A DNA stretch of 64,000 bases. It comes from an uncultured delta proteobacterium (lineage in GTDB: Bacteria > Desulfobacterota > Binatia > Binatales > Binataceae). Below the pieces are notes generated by a model. The model was given only the letters and a program-made list of their open reading frames with translations, had not been told where the DNA came from and did not search any database. The stretch's first letter is position 1; the number at the start of each line of letters is the position of its first letter. Location: assembly GCA_963808235.1 (NCBI GenBank), contig CAWEEQ010000002.1, positions 179,496 through 243,495 on the forward strand, in the 5' to 3' direction. A program made the translations under genes and the position numbers. This document shows, piece by piece, positions 7,648 to 17,826 of the stretch.

Positions 7648-10371
7648 ATGCCGACAACGATCCGCAGGATCACAATCGGCAACAATCGGGCTTGGAGATC
7701 GATGCGTACGAATATCCGCCTGGGCTGCGCGGTCTCAATGCTCACATTCTGTGTTTTGGCTTCGTCCACAGTTCGATCCGAAAGCAATCCGGTTCCTATT
7801 CCCTCTCCCGCGGGAAGTCGTGACCAGGCGGTTGACAAGACCGAAGCAGCGCTTCGCGACGAGCTGCGCACGCTAGAAGCGCAAAATCCCAATAGTATTG
7901 AGGTCACCAAAGATCTCGATCTCCTTGCTTGGTACTATTGGAATCACGGCCGGTTCTCCGACGCTGAACCATTGTTGATACAATCGCTAGCAATCAAGGA
8001 GAAGTCACTGTCGGCAGATGATTCTGCGATCGAGGAGAATATAGATAGGCTTGGGGAACTCTACGCCTGGGAGGGGCGATTCTCGGAAGCGGAGCGACTC
8101 CTAAATCGCGCGCTCCAGAGCCCGGGTGAAGAAGATGTGGCGAACCCGTGGTTGGCGGGCCGCGCGCACATTTTTCTCGGCACCGTATACCTCGAGGAGG
8201 GAAAGCTGCAAGAGGCGGAAACGTTGCTCAAGCAGGGCCTCGAACTCCGGCTTAGAACCACCACACGAGGCACCGGAATCGAAATTACCTACGATCTACG
8301 AAGCTTGGCCGAATTGTATTGCGAGGAAGGGCGTTTCGCAGAAGCGGAGCCTTTGGGATCCCAAAGTATGAAGCTGAGCGAGCCCAATAGTCTCATATAT
8401 GCGTACGCGCTTGACACGCTCGCTGACGCCTATTACGGCGAGGGCCGGTATGCCGACGCAGAACGTCTATATTCCGAATCGGGTCCAATCCTCCTGCGTC
8501 AAATGGGAGACGCTCACGTCTACTACGAACAGAATTTGGGCTCGCTCGGACTTACGCTCGCGAAGGAAGGAAAAGTCCAGCCGGCGCGGGACAGCTTTCG
8601 CAAATCATGGGCGGTCAATCTAAATACCTGGCATGCGGCGACGCAGTCGGGCAGCGAGTCTTTGCGTTTTCTCAGGAACAAAAGCGATCAATATGTCCGA
8701 GGTTATCTGGAATTGCTGGCCGCGATCGCGCGCCATCCAGAAATGGACCCGGGCGGTGCGTCACCGGCACCCGAGGCGTTCATGGTCGCAGAACAAGCGC
8801 GCCGGGGTATCACCGATCTTGCACTGGTCAAAGCGGCGGTGCGGCTTGCAGTCGCCGACCCGGATGCCGGCGAGGCTGCCGCCGAAGTGCAGCGCCTCAG
8901 CGAGCGGCGGGCTGGGATGGCAATGCAGCTTTCGACGCAATTCGGCGCTTCGAAAGAAAATCAGCAAGACGCAGCTAAAGTTCTCGCAGAATCGCAACAG
9001 CTTGACCATGACCTGGAGATCGCAAACCAGCGACTGATTCAAGTCTTTCCAAAATATGGCGAGTTAGCGACGCCGTTGCCTATCGACGTAGACGGCGTAC
9101 AACGAGTACTGCGCGCCGACGAGGCGCTGGTCAGTTACTACACGCTCAACGACCGGCTACTGGCGTGGTGCGTGCGACCCGGTCATCCGCTGGCATATCG
9201 CGATACCGAAGTTAAGCGCGCAGATCTGATGGCGATGGTCGCGCAGGTTCGCGAGAGCCTTCGTCCCGACAAACCGTTCGACTTCGTTGACTCATACGCG
9301 CTCTACCAGTTGCTTATAGCTCCGTTGAAAGATGAGCTTGCCAGCACCAAGTTACTTATCATCGTACCGGACGGGGTAACTCTGCCGATTCCTTTCGCCG
9401 CGCTGGTCACTGACAATACGGGCGATGCGTTTGCGGCGTTGGCACGAGATTATAAGCAAGGTCTCGCGCCATCGCCCGCTGAGTTGAAGGACAACTATCC
9501 CCGTATTGCCTGGTTCGCAAAGAGAAGTATGAGCATTAGTCTCCTACCTACGGCCACTTCTCTCCGACTACTCAGAAATCGGGTCGAAGCGAGCAACACC
9601 GCGAACGCGTCATCGGCCAAGGCTTACCCCTTCGTCGGAATCGGCGATCCGTTGCTGAACGGCAAGGGCGAAGAGCGTGGTAGCTCGATGGTGGCGACGC
9701 GAGGCGCCGAAGCAATCGACGCGGTGCGGAATCTGCCGAGACTTCCCGGTTCGCGCGAGGAGCTAATGGCTGAAGCTAAGGCGCTCGATGCCAATCCTCA
9801 AGAGTCGCTCTTCATGGAAGAACGGGCGACCCGGCCGCAGGTGCTGGCGCTGAGCAAAGATCGTTTGCGCGACGCAAAGGTAATCTCGTTTGCGACACAC
9901 GCGCTCATAGGTGGCGAGATAAAGGGAGTCATGGAACCGTCTCTGGTGCTCACACCACCCTCGCAGCCGAGCACAGACGATGACGGATTGCTTACGATGG
10001 ACGACGTGATGGGATTCAAGTTGGTCGCCGACGAGTGGGTAATCCTCTCTGCCTGCAACACGGCGGCTCCTGACGGAAGTGGCGAAGGACTGTCAGGCCT
10101 GACCCGCGCGTTCTTTTACGCGGGCACTCCATCGCTGCTGGTCTCGCAATGGGCCGTTGATGACGCAGCGACCGATCAGCTGATGACCGCGGTGTTCACG
10201 GCTTACGGAAGCAGCGGCGGAGTCTCGCGCTCAACGGCGCTGCAGGGAGCGATGCTCAAGCTGATGGACATGCCGCGCACTGACCCGACACACGCCTACT
10301 TCGCCCATCCGTTCGCCTGGGCATCATTCGTCGTAGTCGGCGAAGGCGGCGGTTCTCAACCGACCAAGTGA
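7648..10371 (+). CDS. Exported TPR + CHAT (caspase-like) protease
   Basis: Signal-like N-terminus, TPRs (GRFSDAEPLL), IVPDG, FATHA and LSACNT catalytic dyad, FFYAG, HPFAWASF. Confidence 0.92.
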   Translation: MPTTIRRITIGNNRAWRSMRTNIRLGCAVSMLTFCVLASSTVRSESNPVPIPSPAGSRDQAVDKTEAALRDELRTLEAQNPNSIEVTKDLDLLAWYYWNHGRFSDAEPLLIQSLAIKEKSLSADDSAIEENIDRLGELYAWEGRFSEAERLLNRALQSPGEEDVANPWLAGRAHIFLGTVYLEEGKLQEAETLLKQGLELRLRTTTRGTGIEITYDLRSLAELYCEEGRFAEAEPLGSQSMKLSEPNSLIYAYALDTLADAYYGEGRYADAERLYSESGPILLRQMGDAHVYYEQNLGSLGLTLAKEGKVQPARDSFRKSWAVNLNTWHAATQSGSESLRFLRNKSDQYVRGYLELLAAIARHPEMDPGGASPAPEAFMVAEQARRGITDLALVKAAVRLAVADPDAGEAAAEVQRLSERRAGMAMQLSTQFGASKENQQDAAKVLAESQQLDHDLEIANQRLIQVFPKYGELATPLPIDVDGVQRVLRADEALVSYYTLNDRLLAWCVRPGHPLAYRDTEVKRADLMAMVAQVRESLRPDKPFDFVDSYALYQLLIAPLKDELASTKLLIIVPDGVTLPIPFAALVTDNTGDAFAALARDYKQGLAPSPAELKDNYPRIAWFAKRSMSISLLPTATSLRLLRNRVEASNTANASSAKAYPFVGIGDPLLNGKGEERGSSMVATRGAEAIDAVRNLPRLPGSREELMAEAKALDANPQESLFMEERATRPQVLALSKDRLRDAKVISFATHALIGGEIKGVMEPSLVLTPPSQPSTDDDGLLTMDDVMGFKLVADEWVILSACNTAAPDGSGEGLSGLTRAFFYAGTPSLLVSQWAVDDAATDQLMTAVFTAYGSSGGVSRSTALQGAMLKLMDMPRTDPTHAYFAHPFAWASFVVVGEGGGSQPTK

Positions 10372-10425
10372 TGCTACGGCTGACAAAGGGACAGGTAATC
10401 TTGCGAGCGCTTTAGGAGCGCGATC

Positions 10426-11019
10426 ATGCGAAGGAGCGTTCGTGAAATACTGGGCGACGGTCTAGTAGGCATTGTCGGCGCCGCGATCGGATTCGGAATT
10501 TCTCAAGGAGTCAACTTTTACAGTTTGTCAAAAACTCTTGAGACCACCAGAGACATCCAGATGGTTAATCTGGCGCGGCAACTCTCGGGCGACTTTGAAG
10601 AGAACAAGGACTTCGAAGACTTCCGGATGGCTATCGAAAGATGCGACCCGCTGTTCAACGGTTGGCGCTGGCCAGCCGGAAACGGCCCTACAGTCTGGCG
10701 GGGAAGGTTTAACAATGATCAGGTGAACAGATATCTGAACTTTTTCGACGATATAGGATTCTACAATAAACGTGACGATCTCAACCTTGAGATCGTTCGA
10801 CAGATGTTTGGGCCATATGTTGTCGAAGCGTATGAAGAGCCGGAGATAAAGTGCTACATAGAGGGCTTACATACTCAGGCGCATCAGTCTTCGGCCTTCT
10901 CGCATTTTGTACTATTAGCGCGTGGACTCGAAGCTGCAGAACCTGATCTGGCTGCCTTTGAGCGGAATAAGTTCGCGAAAATCTCTCACTTTGACTGCCC
11001 GCTTTCAGGGAAAAAATGA
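10426..11019 (+). CDS. Membrane-anchored hypothetical protein, DUF4760-like
   Basis: N-terminal TM; YLNFFDDIG...LEIVRQMFG pattern. Confidence 0.55.
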   Translation: MRRSVREILGDGLVGIVGAAIGFGISQGVNFYSLSKTLETTRDIQMVNLARQLSGDFEENKDFEDFRMAIERCDPLFNGWRWPAGNGPTVWRGRFNNDQVNRYLNFFDDIGFYNKRDDLNLEIVRQMFGPYVVEAYEEPEIKCYIEGLHTQAHQSSAFSHFVLLARGLEAAEPDLAAFERNKFAKISHFDCPLSGKK

Positions 11020-11058
11020 CCAACATGCAGCGGAGTAAGGGCGGTAGAGGAGAAAAAA

Positions 11059-11412
11059 GTGATCAAACAAATCGCGGTGGTGGCGGCTTCGGCGATGGTC
11101 GTGGTGACGATAGCATTCGCGGCTGGGGCACCTGCCGCATACGCTGCGCCCAAGGTTGATTGCGACACCGTCATGAATGAATTGCATAAAGGCAAGGATG
11201 CCAACGATGTAGCAACGGCCCTGTCAATCTCAGTCTCGAGCGTCGATCAATGTAAGAGGCACGCCAAGGCCGCGGCCGACTCTGGCACAGGCGCCTCCAG
11301 CGAGAAGTCGCAGCCGCAGGCTTCGCCGGTTCTCCGAGGCGGTGAGTCAGAAGAGAGCGCGGGAGGATGTCCGCAGGAGCCTTGCCCTCCAGACGCAAGC
11401 AACCCTCGATAG
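11059..11412 (+). CDS. Small secreted protein with a Cys-flanked HTH-like segment
   Basis: GAGGAG RBS, signal peptide AYA-A, DCDTVMNEL...VATALSISVSSVDQC. Confidence 0.65.
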   Translation: MIKQIAVVAASAMVVVTIAFAAGAPAAYAAPKVDCDTVMNELHKGKDANDVATALSISVSSVDQCKRHAKAAADSGTGASSEKSQPQASPVLRGGESEESAGGCPQEPCPPDASNPR

Positions 11413-11690
11413 GCGGTAGGATTTCGGAAGGTTCAGCGCGATGATCTCCGATGCCGCGCGCCGAACGCTGGAAATGTCTGACAGGTCGCACAGAACCGAT
11501 GCCGCACTCTGCCCTTTTTGGTCGATGATCTTCTTAACGTCGTCGAGCCTCTGGCTTTCACGGCCGACCAGCATGACATGCCGTGTTTGGCAAGTTGCCA
11601 GGGCCGTCGCACGGCCGATCCCCGAAGTCGGGCGGGTGATGAGGTACGCTTTGCGAGTTGACGCGTTCTTAAAACCGGTCTCCGGCATAT
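11410..11690 (-). pseudogene. Truncated short-chain dehydrogenase
   Basis: YLITRPTSGIGRATA...LVGR...CDLSDISSVRRAA; N-terminal third only. Confidence 0.7.
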
Positions 11691-11739
11691 CTGTCTCCAT
11701 TTTTGTCTGTCTAGTCAGTCTTTCCTTGGCCAAAAAAAT

Positions 11740-11990
11740 TTAGGCGACGATTCGCCAGAGGGCCTCGAACGCACTCGCGCCATGTTTGCCTCGTTGACTG
11801 GGTCGCGGATCACGAAGTCGATCGTTGCTTTCGCCAGCCCGTTCATCAAAGGCTGCGACGAACCCCAGCGGAGTGTCGCGCATTGGCCCATTTTCACGGC
11901 TCCGCTCCAGTAGCTTTGCGACGCCAGCCATCGCCCGGCTCGCATTCCGATGGCTCTCCAAGCCGATCCTAGCGATACCGTCAAGATCTT
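11740..11990 (-). pseudogene. TetR-family C-terminal fragment
   Basis: Frameshifted pieces ending FEALWRIVA directly upstream of the SDR remnant. Confidence 0.45.
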
Positions 11991-12116
11991 CCCTGGAGAA
12001 AAAGTCGCGAAGAGCTGGCGATGATTATCTCTGCGGCACAGCTGCTTTAATCTTCGGCGAATTTGTCGCCAAATCCGCGGACAATTTTGCGATGAAAAGG
12101 CGAACTAGGGGCCGGC

Positions 12117-12329
12117 GGTTCAAATCCGCTTTGCTCCACCATTCAGTCTCTCGATTTTCGGACATCGCGGTAATCGGCGCGTGTGCGCGCGATTTGCGCA
12201 CATGTGCGGACCCGGAGAATCTCTCTTGTCGCGCAGAATTGGCCGAATCTGGCGAAACCTATCGCGGCGCGATTTGGCTAGGTCCGCGGATCATCGCCAT
12301 GGATTTGCCTCTTCTTTTTTCAGCGCTCC
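12117..12329 (+). repeat. Repeat R2
   Basis: GGTTCAAATCCGCTTTGCTCCACCATTCAGTCTC...GCGCACATGTGCGGACCCGGAGAAT...TAGGTCCGCGGATCATCGCCATG...TTTCAGCGCTCC. Confidence 0.9.
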
Positions 12330-12357
12330 TCCTGGGGTGACAGCAGAATCCTGGCTG

Positions 12358-13440
12358 CTATGGGCGGACTTCATAGTAGGCGTTGATCGGGTTATCGAAG
12401 TCCTTGGTTGCGAAGCGCGTGAATCCGGCCTCCGCCGTCATCTTGCGGGCGACCGGTTCGGGAAATCCGAGCGTGCCCAATCCCAAGCCGTCGGGCTCAG
12501 AAAGAGCTGACGACATACAGCAAATCACTGAGAAGCCATACATGAGCGGCGCCAGGGGATTTTGCTTCAGGTTTTCCTCGAACGTCGGCATCCCATGAAC
12601 GTCGGCGATCAGCCACGTTCCGTCGGATTTGATGGCTTTGCGAATGGCCTGCATCACGAGGTCAGGCCGCGTCATGTCGTGGAGGCAATCGAAGGTTGTG
12701 ATGAAATCGCAACTAGCATCACCGGGCAGAGGATCGACGGCCACGTCATGCAGATGCACGTTCTTCACTCCGGCCTTCCGCGCGTTTTCTTCTCCGCGCT
12801 GGAGGGGCAACTTAGCGATATCGTAGCCGTGAAACTCCGACCGCGGATAAGCCTTTGCCATCTCGATAATTGCAACGCCTGCGCCACATCCGACATCCGC
12901 TGCTTTGGCTCCTGCATTCAGCTTTGCGACGACGCCGTCAAGCCTTGGCAAGGCGTTGGGTACAAGCTGGGTCCGAAACCACGGGGCGAGCAGTCGTTCG
13001 ACGCCGACATTCACTTCCGAACCGAACTGGTCATAAGACAGGCCGAGTCCGCTCTTGAACGACCGCGGCAGTTCGTTCAACAGCGCCATCTGCTGCGGGA
13101 GTGCGCAAAAGCCGCCGGCAAGAAAAAAGGGACTGTTTTCGTCCGCTAGCACCAGGGCACCTTCGGGGCTGAGCTCAAAACGTGACTCACCCCTGTAGTC
13201 TATTACGTTCGCGGATGCCTGCTGATAGAGCCACTCGCGAACCCAGCGTTCATCAAGGCCGGTCTTGCGCGCGAGTTCTTCGCTGGTGAGAGGACCGGCA
13301 CCATTCAGCGCCCTGTAGAGACCCATGCGTTCGCCAAGATGGATCATGCCCGAGACCAGCGCTCCCGCGAGGTGGCTGAAGACCTCCTGCGCGAACTTTT
13401 GCGTTTTCTCGACATCGATCAGATAATTTTTGTCAGACAT
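12358..13440 (-). CDS. Class I SAM methyltransferase with N-terminal winged helix (Rv2258c-like)
   Basis: GLDERWVREWL, ADVGCGAG, FDCLHDM, GLGTLG. Confidence 0.88.
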   Translation of the reverse strand: MSDKNYLIDVEKTQKFAQEVFSHLAGALVSGMIHLGERMGLYRALNGAGPLTSEELARKTGLDERWVREWLYQQASANVIDYRGESRFELSPEGALVLADENSPFFLAGGFCALPQQMALLNELPRSFKSGLGLSYDQFGSEVNVGVERLLAPWFRTQLVPNALPRLDGVVAKLNAGAKAADVGCGAGVAIIEMAKAYPRSEFHGYDIAKLPLQRGEENARKAGVKNVHLHDVAVDPLPGDASCDFITTFDCLHDMTRPDLVMQAIRKAIKSDGTWLIADVHGMPTFEENLKQNPLAPLMYGFSVICCMSSALSEPDGLGLGTLGFPEPVARKMTAEAGFTRFATKDFDNPINAYYEVRP

Positions 13441-13478
13441 AGCGAAACCTCCCAACTCGCGAAAATCCTCGCGGAGTC

Positions 13479-14273
13479 CTATCTTCCCTTGAAGACGGGT
13501 TGGCGTTTCTCGAGGAATGCCTTGCGCGCTTCCTTTGCGTCCTCGCTGCTGAAGGCGATGCGAATATTAGACAACTCATAGCGGAGTTGCTGTTCCATGT
13601 CGCTCGTCTCCAGGGACTTCACCATTCCGCGCTTGAGAAGCCGAAGCGTGATGGGCGACCAGTTGCAGAGTTCTGCGCAGTAGCGCGCCAAGCGGTCGGC
13701 GAACTGCGCGTCATCAACCAGTTCTCCGGCCATGCCAAGCGCGACCGCCTCTTCGCCCAGCACCGTCCGGTTCTCCATCATGAAACGCATCGCCTGCTCG
13801 TAGCCTATAGCTTGCGGCAGGGTGATCGTAAGGCCGGCGTCAGGTGAACCGCCAATTCTCGTATAGCCGGCCATGAGCCTCGCGCCGCGGCTGACCAGCC
13901 TTACGTCGGTCGCCATTGCGAGACCGAGACCGGCGCCGACGGCTACTCCGTTGATGCCGCCGACGACAGGTTTGTCGCACCGTTTGCGGATCGCCAAGAG
14001 GAAATGGCCGACCCAGGAAATGTCATCGAGCTGAGCCGATTGTGCAGACAGCGGCGTAGAGCGATCGGCACCGGACAAATCCAAGCCGGAGCAAAACGCG
14101 TCGCCGCTGCCGGTAATTGCGATCACCCAGACTTCATCCGTCCGCGCTGCATCCTCAACCGCAGCGATCACACCCCACGCGAGGGCATTGCTCAACGCAT
14201 TCTTTTTTTCCGGGCGATTGAGCGTGATGGTTCTGACATGGCCCGCATCCGTGATTTTCACGATGTCTGTCAT
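13479..14273 (-). CDS. Enoyl-CoA hydratase/isomerase family protein
   Basis: TLNRPEKKNAL, AFCSGLDL, INGVAVGAG, AFLEKRQPVFKGR. Confidence 0.93.
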   Translation of the reverse strand: MTDIVKITDAGHVRTITLNRPEKKNALSNALAWGVIAAVEDAARTDEVWVIAITGSGDAFCSGLDLSGADRSTPLSAQSAQLDDISWVGHFLLAIRKRCDKPVVGGINGVAVGAGLGLAMATDVRLVSRGARLMAGYTRIGGSPDAGLTITLPQAIGYEQAMRFMMENRTVLGEEAVALGMAGELVDDAQFADRLARYCAELCNWSPITLRLLKRGMVKSLETSDMEQQLRYELSNIRIAFSSEDAKEARKAFLEKRQPVFKGR

Positions 14274-14507
14274 TTCGCTTGCCTTTCTATGGCTAAGGGA
14301 TTTCGATCGCGCTCCGATTCTGGCTCATCCGCTGTGCTCAGGTCCAACTCCGGAGGACTTCACAGAGAGCGTGCTGCGTTTTTCCATTCGCTGGGCACTT
14401 TGCTGGACGATTCGTTGCCGATTTGATGACCGGGGCGTTGGCTCTCAGCCGGCAGACGCGAATGTGAACAACGGGCTGTCGTCGGGCAGATGAGAAACTG
14501 GGCTTAC

Positions 14508-14712
14508 AGTTCAAACCCCTTCTGCTCCGGATTTCAGTCTCCAACTTTCCGGAGATCTCAGAGAATCGATCGAGGTCGGCGGGTGTGCGCGCGATTCGCG
14601 ATCGAGCGCGGACCCGGAGAACGCCTAGGTTGGCGCAAATCGGCAAAATCGCGTAAAGACCCATCCAGGCACTATTTTGCTAGGTCCGCGGATCCTCGTC
14701 GTAGATTCGCCT
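14508..14712 (+). repeat. Repeat R3 (diverged)
   Basis: AGTTCAAACCCCTTCTGCTCC...TCAGTCTCC...GAGAATCGATCGA...GCGGACCCGGAGAA...CTAGGTCCGCGGATC. Confidence 0.8.
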
Positions 14713-14761
14713 GCGGACCGCGCACGTAGTCAGGCGCGCAATTCGCGCAGGGGAGCAGCAA

Positions 14762-15433
14762 ATGACCCCACAGTTCTCGGCCTTGCAAAGGATGCTCGCG
14801 ATCATAAAATACCGATCACCTCTAGGTAGTCTGCGCAGGCGCAACGCTGACCGAACCAGGGCGTTACTCTTCGTGAAATTCGATCCTGAGACAGGAGCAC
14901 CCAAATGGTCGCCGCGCGTTCGGATGGAGAAGATCCGCATGCTCTATCGGAACGACGCCACTGGTATCCTCGATGAAGAGTTGCTCGACGACGTCGGCAT
15001 CACGCTTTATTGCCGATGCGAAAGCATCCTCGACGCATCGGACGCTTTGCTCGGTAAGGTCCACTGCCCGAGCTGCGCGAACGTGATTAGGCGCAAGCGC
15101 GCGAGCGGAGGCAACCACGAGGAGGTAAAGCGTGAGCAGCTCGTCTGCGCCAAATGTGGCTGGACGATCCGATGGCTCGATTACCAGAAAACCTTTCAAC
15201 ACAAGGACTTGTGGGGCATTGGATTTGCGGATGCGATGCATGAGTTTATGGCGCGTTGGAAATCGTGCGGAAGCGCTCGCGAGAAGATGTTACTCATCGA
15301 CCGGCTGATTCACATCTGGCATTGGCAGTTCAGCGACGAACGTGGCGCGAGCCGCCCCGCCGCGCCGACGTTCATCGAGGGCGGTAGCAGAAAGGAAATC
15401 ATCAGATTTCTCGACGATCTCTCGAAGTCTTAG
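14762..15433 (+). CDS. Hypothetical zinc-ribbon protein (true start probably further downstream)
   Basis: CPSC...CAKC; sits alone between R3 and R4. Confidence 0.65.
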   Translation: MTPQFSALQRMLAIIKYRSPLGSLRRRNADRTRALLFVKFDPETGAPKWSPRVRMEKIRMLYRNDATGILDEELLDDVGITLYCRCESILDASDALLGKVHCPSCANVIRRKRASGGNHEEVKREQLVCAKCGWTIRWLDYQKTFQHKDLWGIGFADAMHEFMARWKSCGSAREKMLLIDRLIHIWHWQFSDERGASRPAAPTFIEGGSRKEIIRFLDDLSKS

Positions 15434-15582
15434 TTGACCGCTAGCGGATTGAGCCGAGGTATTGTTCATTGGTCAGGCGGAACCACTCTGTCTCGCTGTT
15501 CGCGGACGCACGTTAGACTTACACACGCCGACGTTAAACGGAACGATTGGCTGTCGTCTGGCTGACGAGAAAAGGGGCTGAA

Positions 15583-15660
15583 AGTTCAAACCCACTCTGC
15601 TCCACATTTCAGTTTTCCAGGGTTTCGGACATCCCAGAGAATCGATCGAGCGCGCTCGTG
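15583..15660 (+). repeat. Repeat R4 (truncated), abutting the integrase stop
   Basis: AGTTCAAACCCACTCTGCTCCACATTTCAGTTTTCCAGGGTTTCGGACATCCCAGAGAATCGATCGA. Confidence 0.8.
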
Positions 15661-15672
15661 AAACCTAGGGAA

Positions 15673-16851
15673 CTAGCCGTTGAGGATCGTGTCCATTTTG
15701 TCGGCCATATCCTGCATCATAGATGGCATGACGTGGCTGTAGGTATTGGCTGTCAGAGCGATCGTGCTGTGACCAAGGAGTTCCATGATTGCCCGGAGCT
15801 GAACGCCTTGGGCTAGCAATAGGCTTGCAGCGCTGTGGCGCAAATCATGAAACCGGGTTGATAGCGGAATCTTGGCGTCAGCTTCGGGTCCGTTGGCCTT
15901 CTCCAGAATCCGCTTGAAGTCTCTGACGGCAGAACGCGGCTCTATCGGCGTTCCGATTCCGGTCGTGAAGACGAGTCCGCGCTCGGTCCATCCGAAACTG
16001 GCGATAAGGCGTTCTTGAAGCTGGCGCGCACGATGAGCGCGTAGTGATCGAACGAGCGCATCGGGTATTCGCAGAGTTCGCCTGCTACGGTCCGTCTTCG
16101 GCTCGACAAATTGGAGCCTGCCGGGACCTGTTCCGAATCGCTTGCCGCCCACTCGCTGCAGCGATTGCCGAATCGTAATTTGCTGCCGTTCCAGGTCCAC
16201 GTCCATCCAGCGCAGCCCGAGTGCCTCGCCCTCGCGAAGTCCGAGCCCGAGCGCCACGCTGTACAGTGCTTCGAGCCGTTCGCCTTTGGCTGCATCAAGG
16301 AATTTGCGCGACTGATCGAGATCCAGGGGTTTGATCTCCGGGCGCCGAACCTTCGGGGTATCAACGAGCTTGGCGACGTTGCGGCCGACGAGGCTCCACT
16401 TCACCGCAGTCTGAAGGGCGTGCCGAAGGATTACCAGACTGAGCTGGACTGTGCGCGGCGAAAGGTCGCTCTTGAGCCTTTCGTTCACGAAGGTCTGAAC
16501 ATGCTGAGGCGACAGTTTCGAAAGCCGTTGCTTTCCCAGTGAGGGCCCTAGGTAAAGTCGAACATGCTGATGGTACTGCTGATACGTTGCCGGGCGAACG
16601 CTTGATTTCACGGAGTCCTCAAGCCAGTGGTCGAGGAATTCTTTGACCGTCTGTAGCTCGACCGACACCGGAAGGCCGCGAGACTGGTCGAAACGCGCTT
16701 TGAGCAGCTCGTCTCGTACCTCAGCGGCTGTCGCGGCGTAAAAGTGCCTTCGTTTACGCTTGCCGCCTTGCCAGCCCAGATTGAGAGAGCCGACCCAGCG
16801 CCCATCCTTGCGCTGGAAGATCGAACCCTCGCTTGTTCCGCGCTTCGCCAT
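15673..16851 (-). CDS. int: Tyrosine integrase, phage/ICE type
   Basis: GSIFQRKDGRW arm-binding domain; GLREGEALGL, PKT, FHDLRHSAASLL, LGHS, YSHV catalytic set. Confidence 0.95.
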   Translation of the reverse strand: MAKRGTSEGSIFQRKDGRWVGSLNLGWQGGKRKRRHFYAATAAEVRDELLKARFDQSRGLPVSVELQTVKEFLDHWLEDSVKSSVRPATYQQYHQHVRLYLGPSLGKQRLSKLSPQHVQTFVNERLKSDLSPRTVQLSLVILRHALQTAVKWSLVGRNVAKLVDTPKVRRPEIKPLDLDQSRKFLDAAKGERLEALYSVALGLGLREGEALGLRWMDVDLERQQITIRQSLQRVGGKRFGTGPGRLQFVEPKTDRSRRTLRIPDALVRSLRAHRARQLQERLIASFGWTERGLVFTTGIGTPIEPRSAVRDFKRILEKANGPEADAKIPLSTRFHDLRHSAASLLLAQGVQLRAIMELLGHSTIALTANTYSHVMPSMMQDMADKMDTILNG

Positions 16852-16855
16852 GAAA

Positions 16856-17809
16856 TCAGCGCTTGGTAATCCACCTTTTGACCTGCTCGACGCCGGTATC
16901 GAGACGCTTTGCAATTTCCCGAACTGAGAACTTTTTATCGCGGAGCTGGCGAGCCTCGATTTTTCGGTCCGAATACAATCTGATGCGACATGCGTTCGAG
17001 CAGGTCTTTCGATTCGTTCGGTACCCTGATCCTTCCGCTGCCACTAGCATCGGCTTTCCGCAGCTTTCGCAAAGACGAAACTTCTGATGACCAGCGATCG
17101 CGTCTGCGAGTTGAAGCCAAAGACAACCGATCAGGGTGCTTGGGACAATGAACAGACCCATTTCGTTGCTATCTGGAGCTTTCCAAAGGAGACGGGAAGA
17201 GACCAACTCAGCCAGAGACTTGTTGACCACTTCCTGTAGGTAGAACCGCGCCGGCTTCAGTACATCGCCGCGCTGAAACCTCTCGAGAAGGTGCGAATTT
17301 ATTCCAGGCGCCGCTATCGTGGCGTGGGTGCTCCACGGGGTGTTCAATTCGCTCGATGGCGGCCAGTCGTACGTTATGTGATCGCGGCGCCGCCAATGGA
17401 TGCAGCTAGCGAGTACTGACGAGTTCTCGGCCTTAATAGCTTCCCAGAGCGTGACCGCGGCCTTCATTCCGTGAAGATGTTCCTGCCAATGAGATCGTAG
17501 TTCCCCGGTTACGGCGGTCGTGCTCGCGCCTTTGCGTTCCGGTTCCGGCGCGATCCATCGAGGACCGCGTCCGAGCAATCCGTAGCTGTTCGCGAAGTGA
17601 AGGATCTCGACATCGGCATTTGGGTCAATGCTTGCGAACTTCAAAAAGAGGTCGGGATCGGGCTTGTACGGCCGCGAATTTTCGCCGAGTGCGATTAAAG
17701 CCGGTTCGTCGTGTTTCCGGACGTTGGCTCCGAACACCCGAATTGGGCCGCTTCGCCATTCGTGCCCGTCTTCCGCGACTTGCCAGATGAATTGAAAGAG
17801 TTCGTACAT
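16856..17809 (-). CDS. Hypothetical protein with C-terminal zinc finger and HTH (putative regulator)
   Basis: CESC...CSNACR followed by FSVREIAKRLDTGVEQVKRWI. Confidence 0.7.
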   Translation of the reverse strand: MYELFQFIWQVAEDGHEWRSGPIRVFGANVRKHDEPALIALGENSRPYKPDPDLFLKFASIDPNADVEILHFANSYGLLGRGPRWIAPEPERKGASTTAVTGELRSHWQEHLHGMKAAVTLWEAIKAENSSVLASCIHWRRRDHITYDWPPSSELNTPWSTHATIAAPGINSHLLERFQRGDVLKPARFYLQEVVNKSLAELVSSRLLWKAPDSNEMGLFIVPSTLIGCLWLQLADAIAGHQKFRLCESCGKPMLVAAEGSGYRTNRKTCSNACRIRLYSDRKIEARQLRDKKFSVREIAKRLDTGVEQVKRWITKR

Positions 17810-17826
17810 TTCAGCACCTCACATGA

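Noticed and set aside
12181-12510. ORFs beginning MCARFAHMCGPGESLL (also 37353-37634)
   Set aside because: They are translations of the non-coding repeat, not a protein family.
6630-15660. Classical integron or CRISPR array
   Set aside because: The repeats are about 210 bp and kilobases apart with no cas genes. The integrase has a phage-type arm-binding domain, not an IntI-like sequence, and the blocks contain multiple genes in either orientation.
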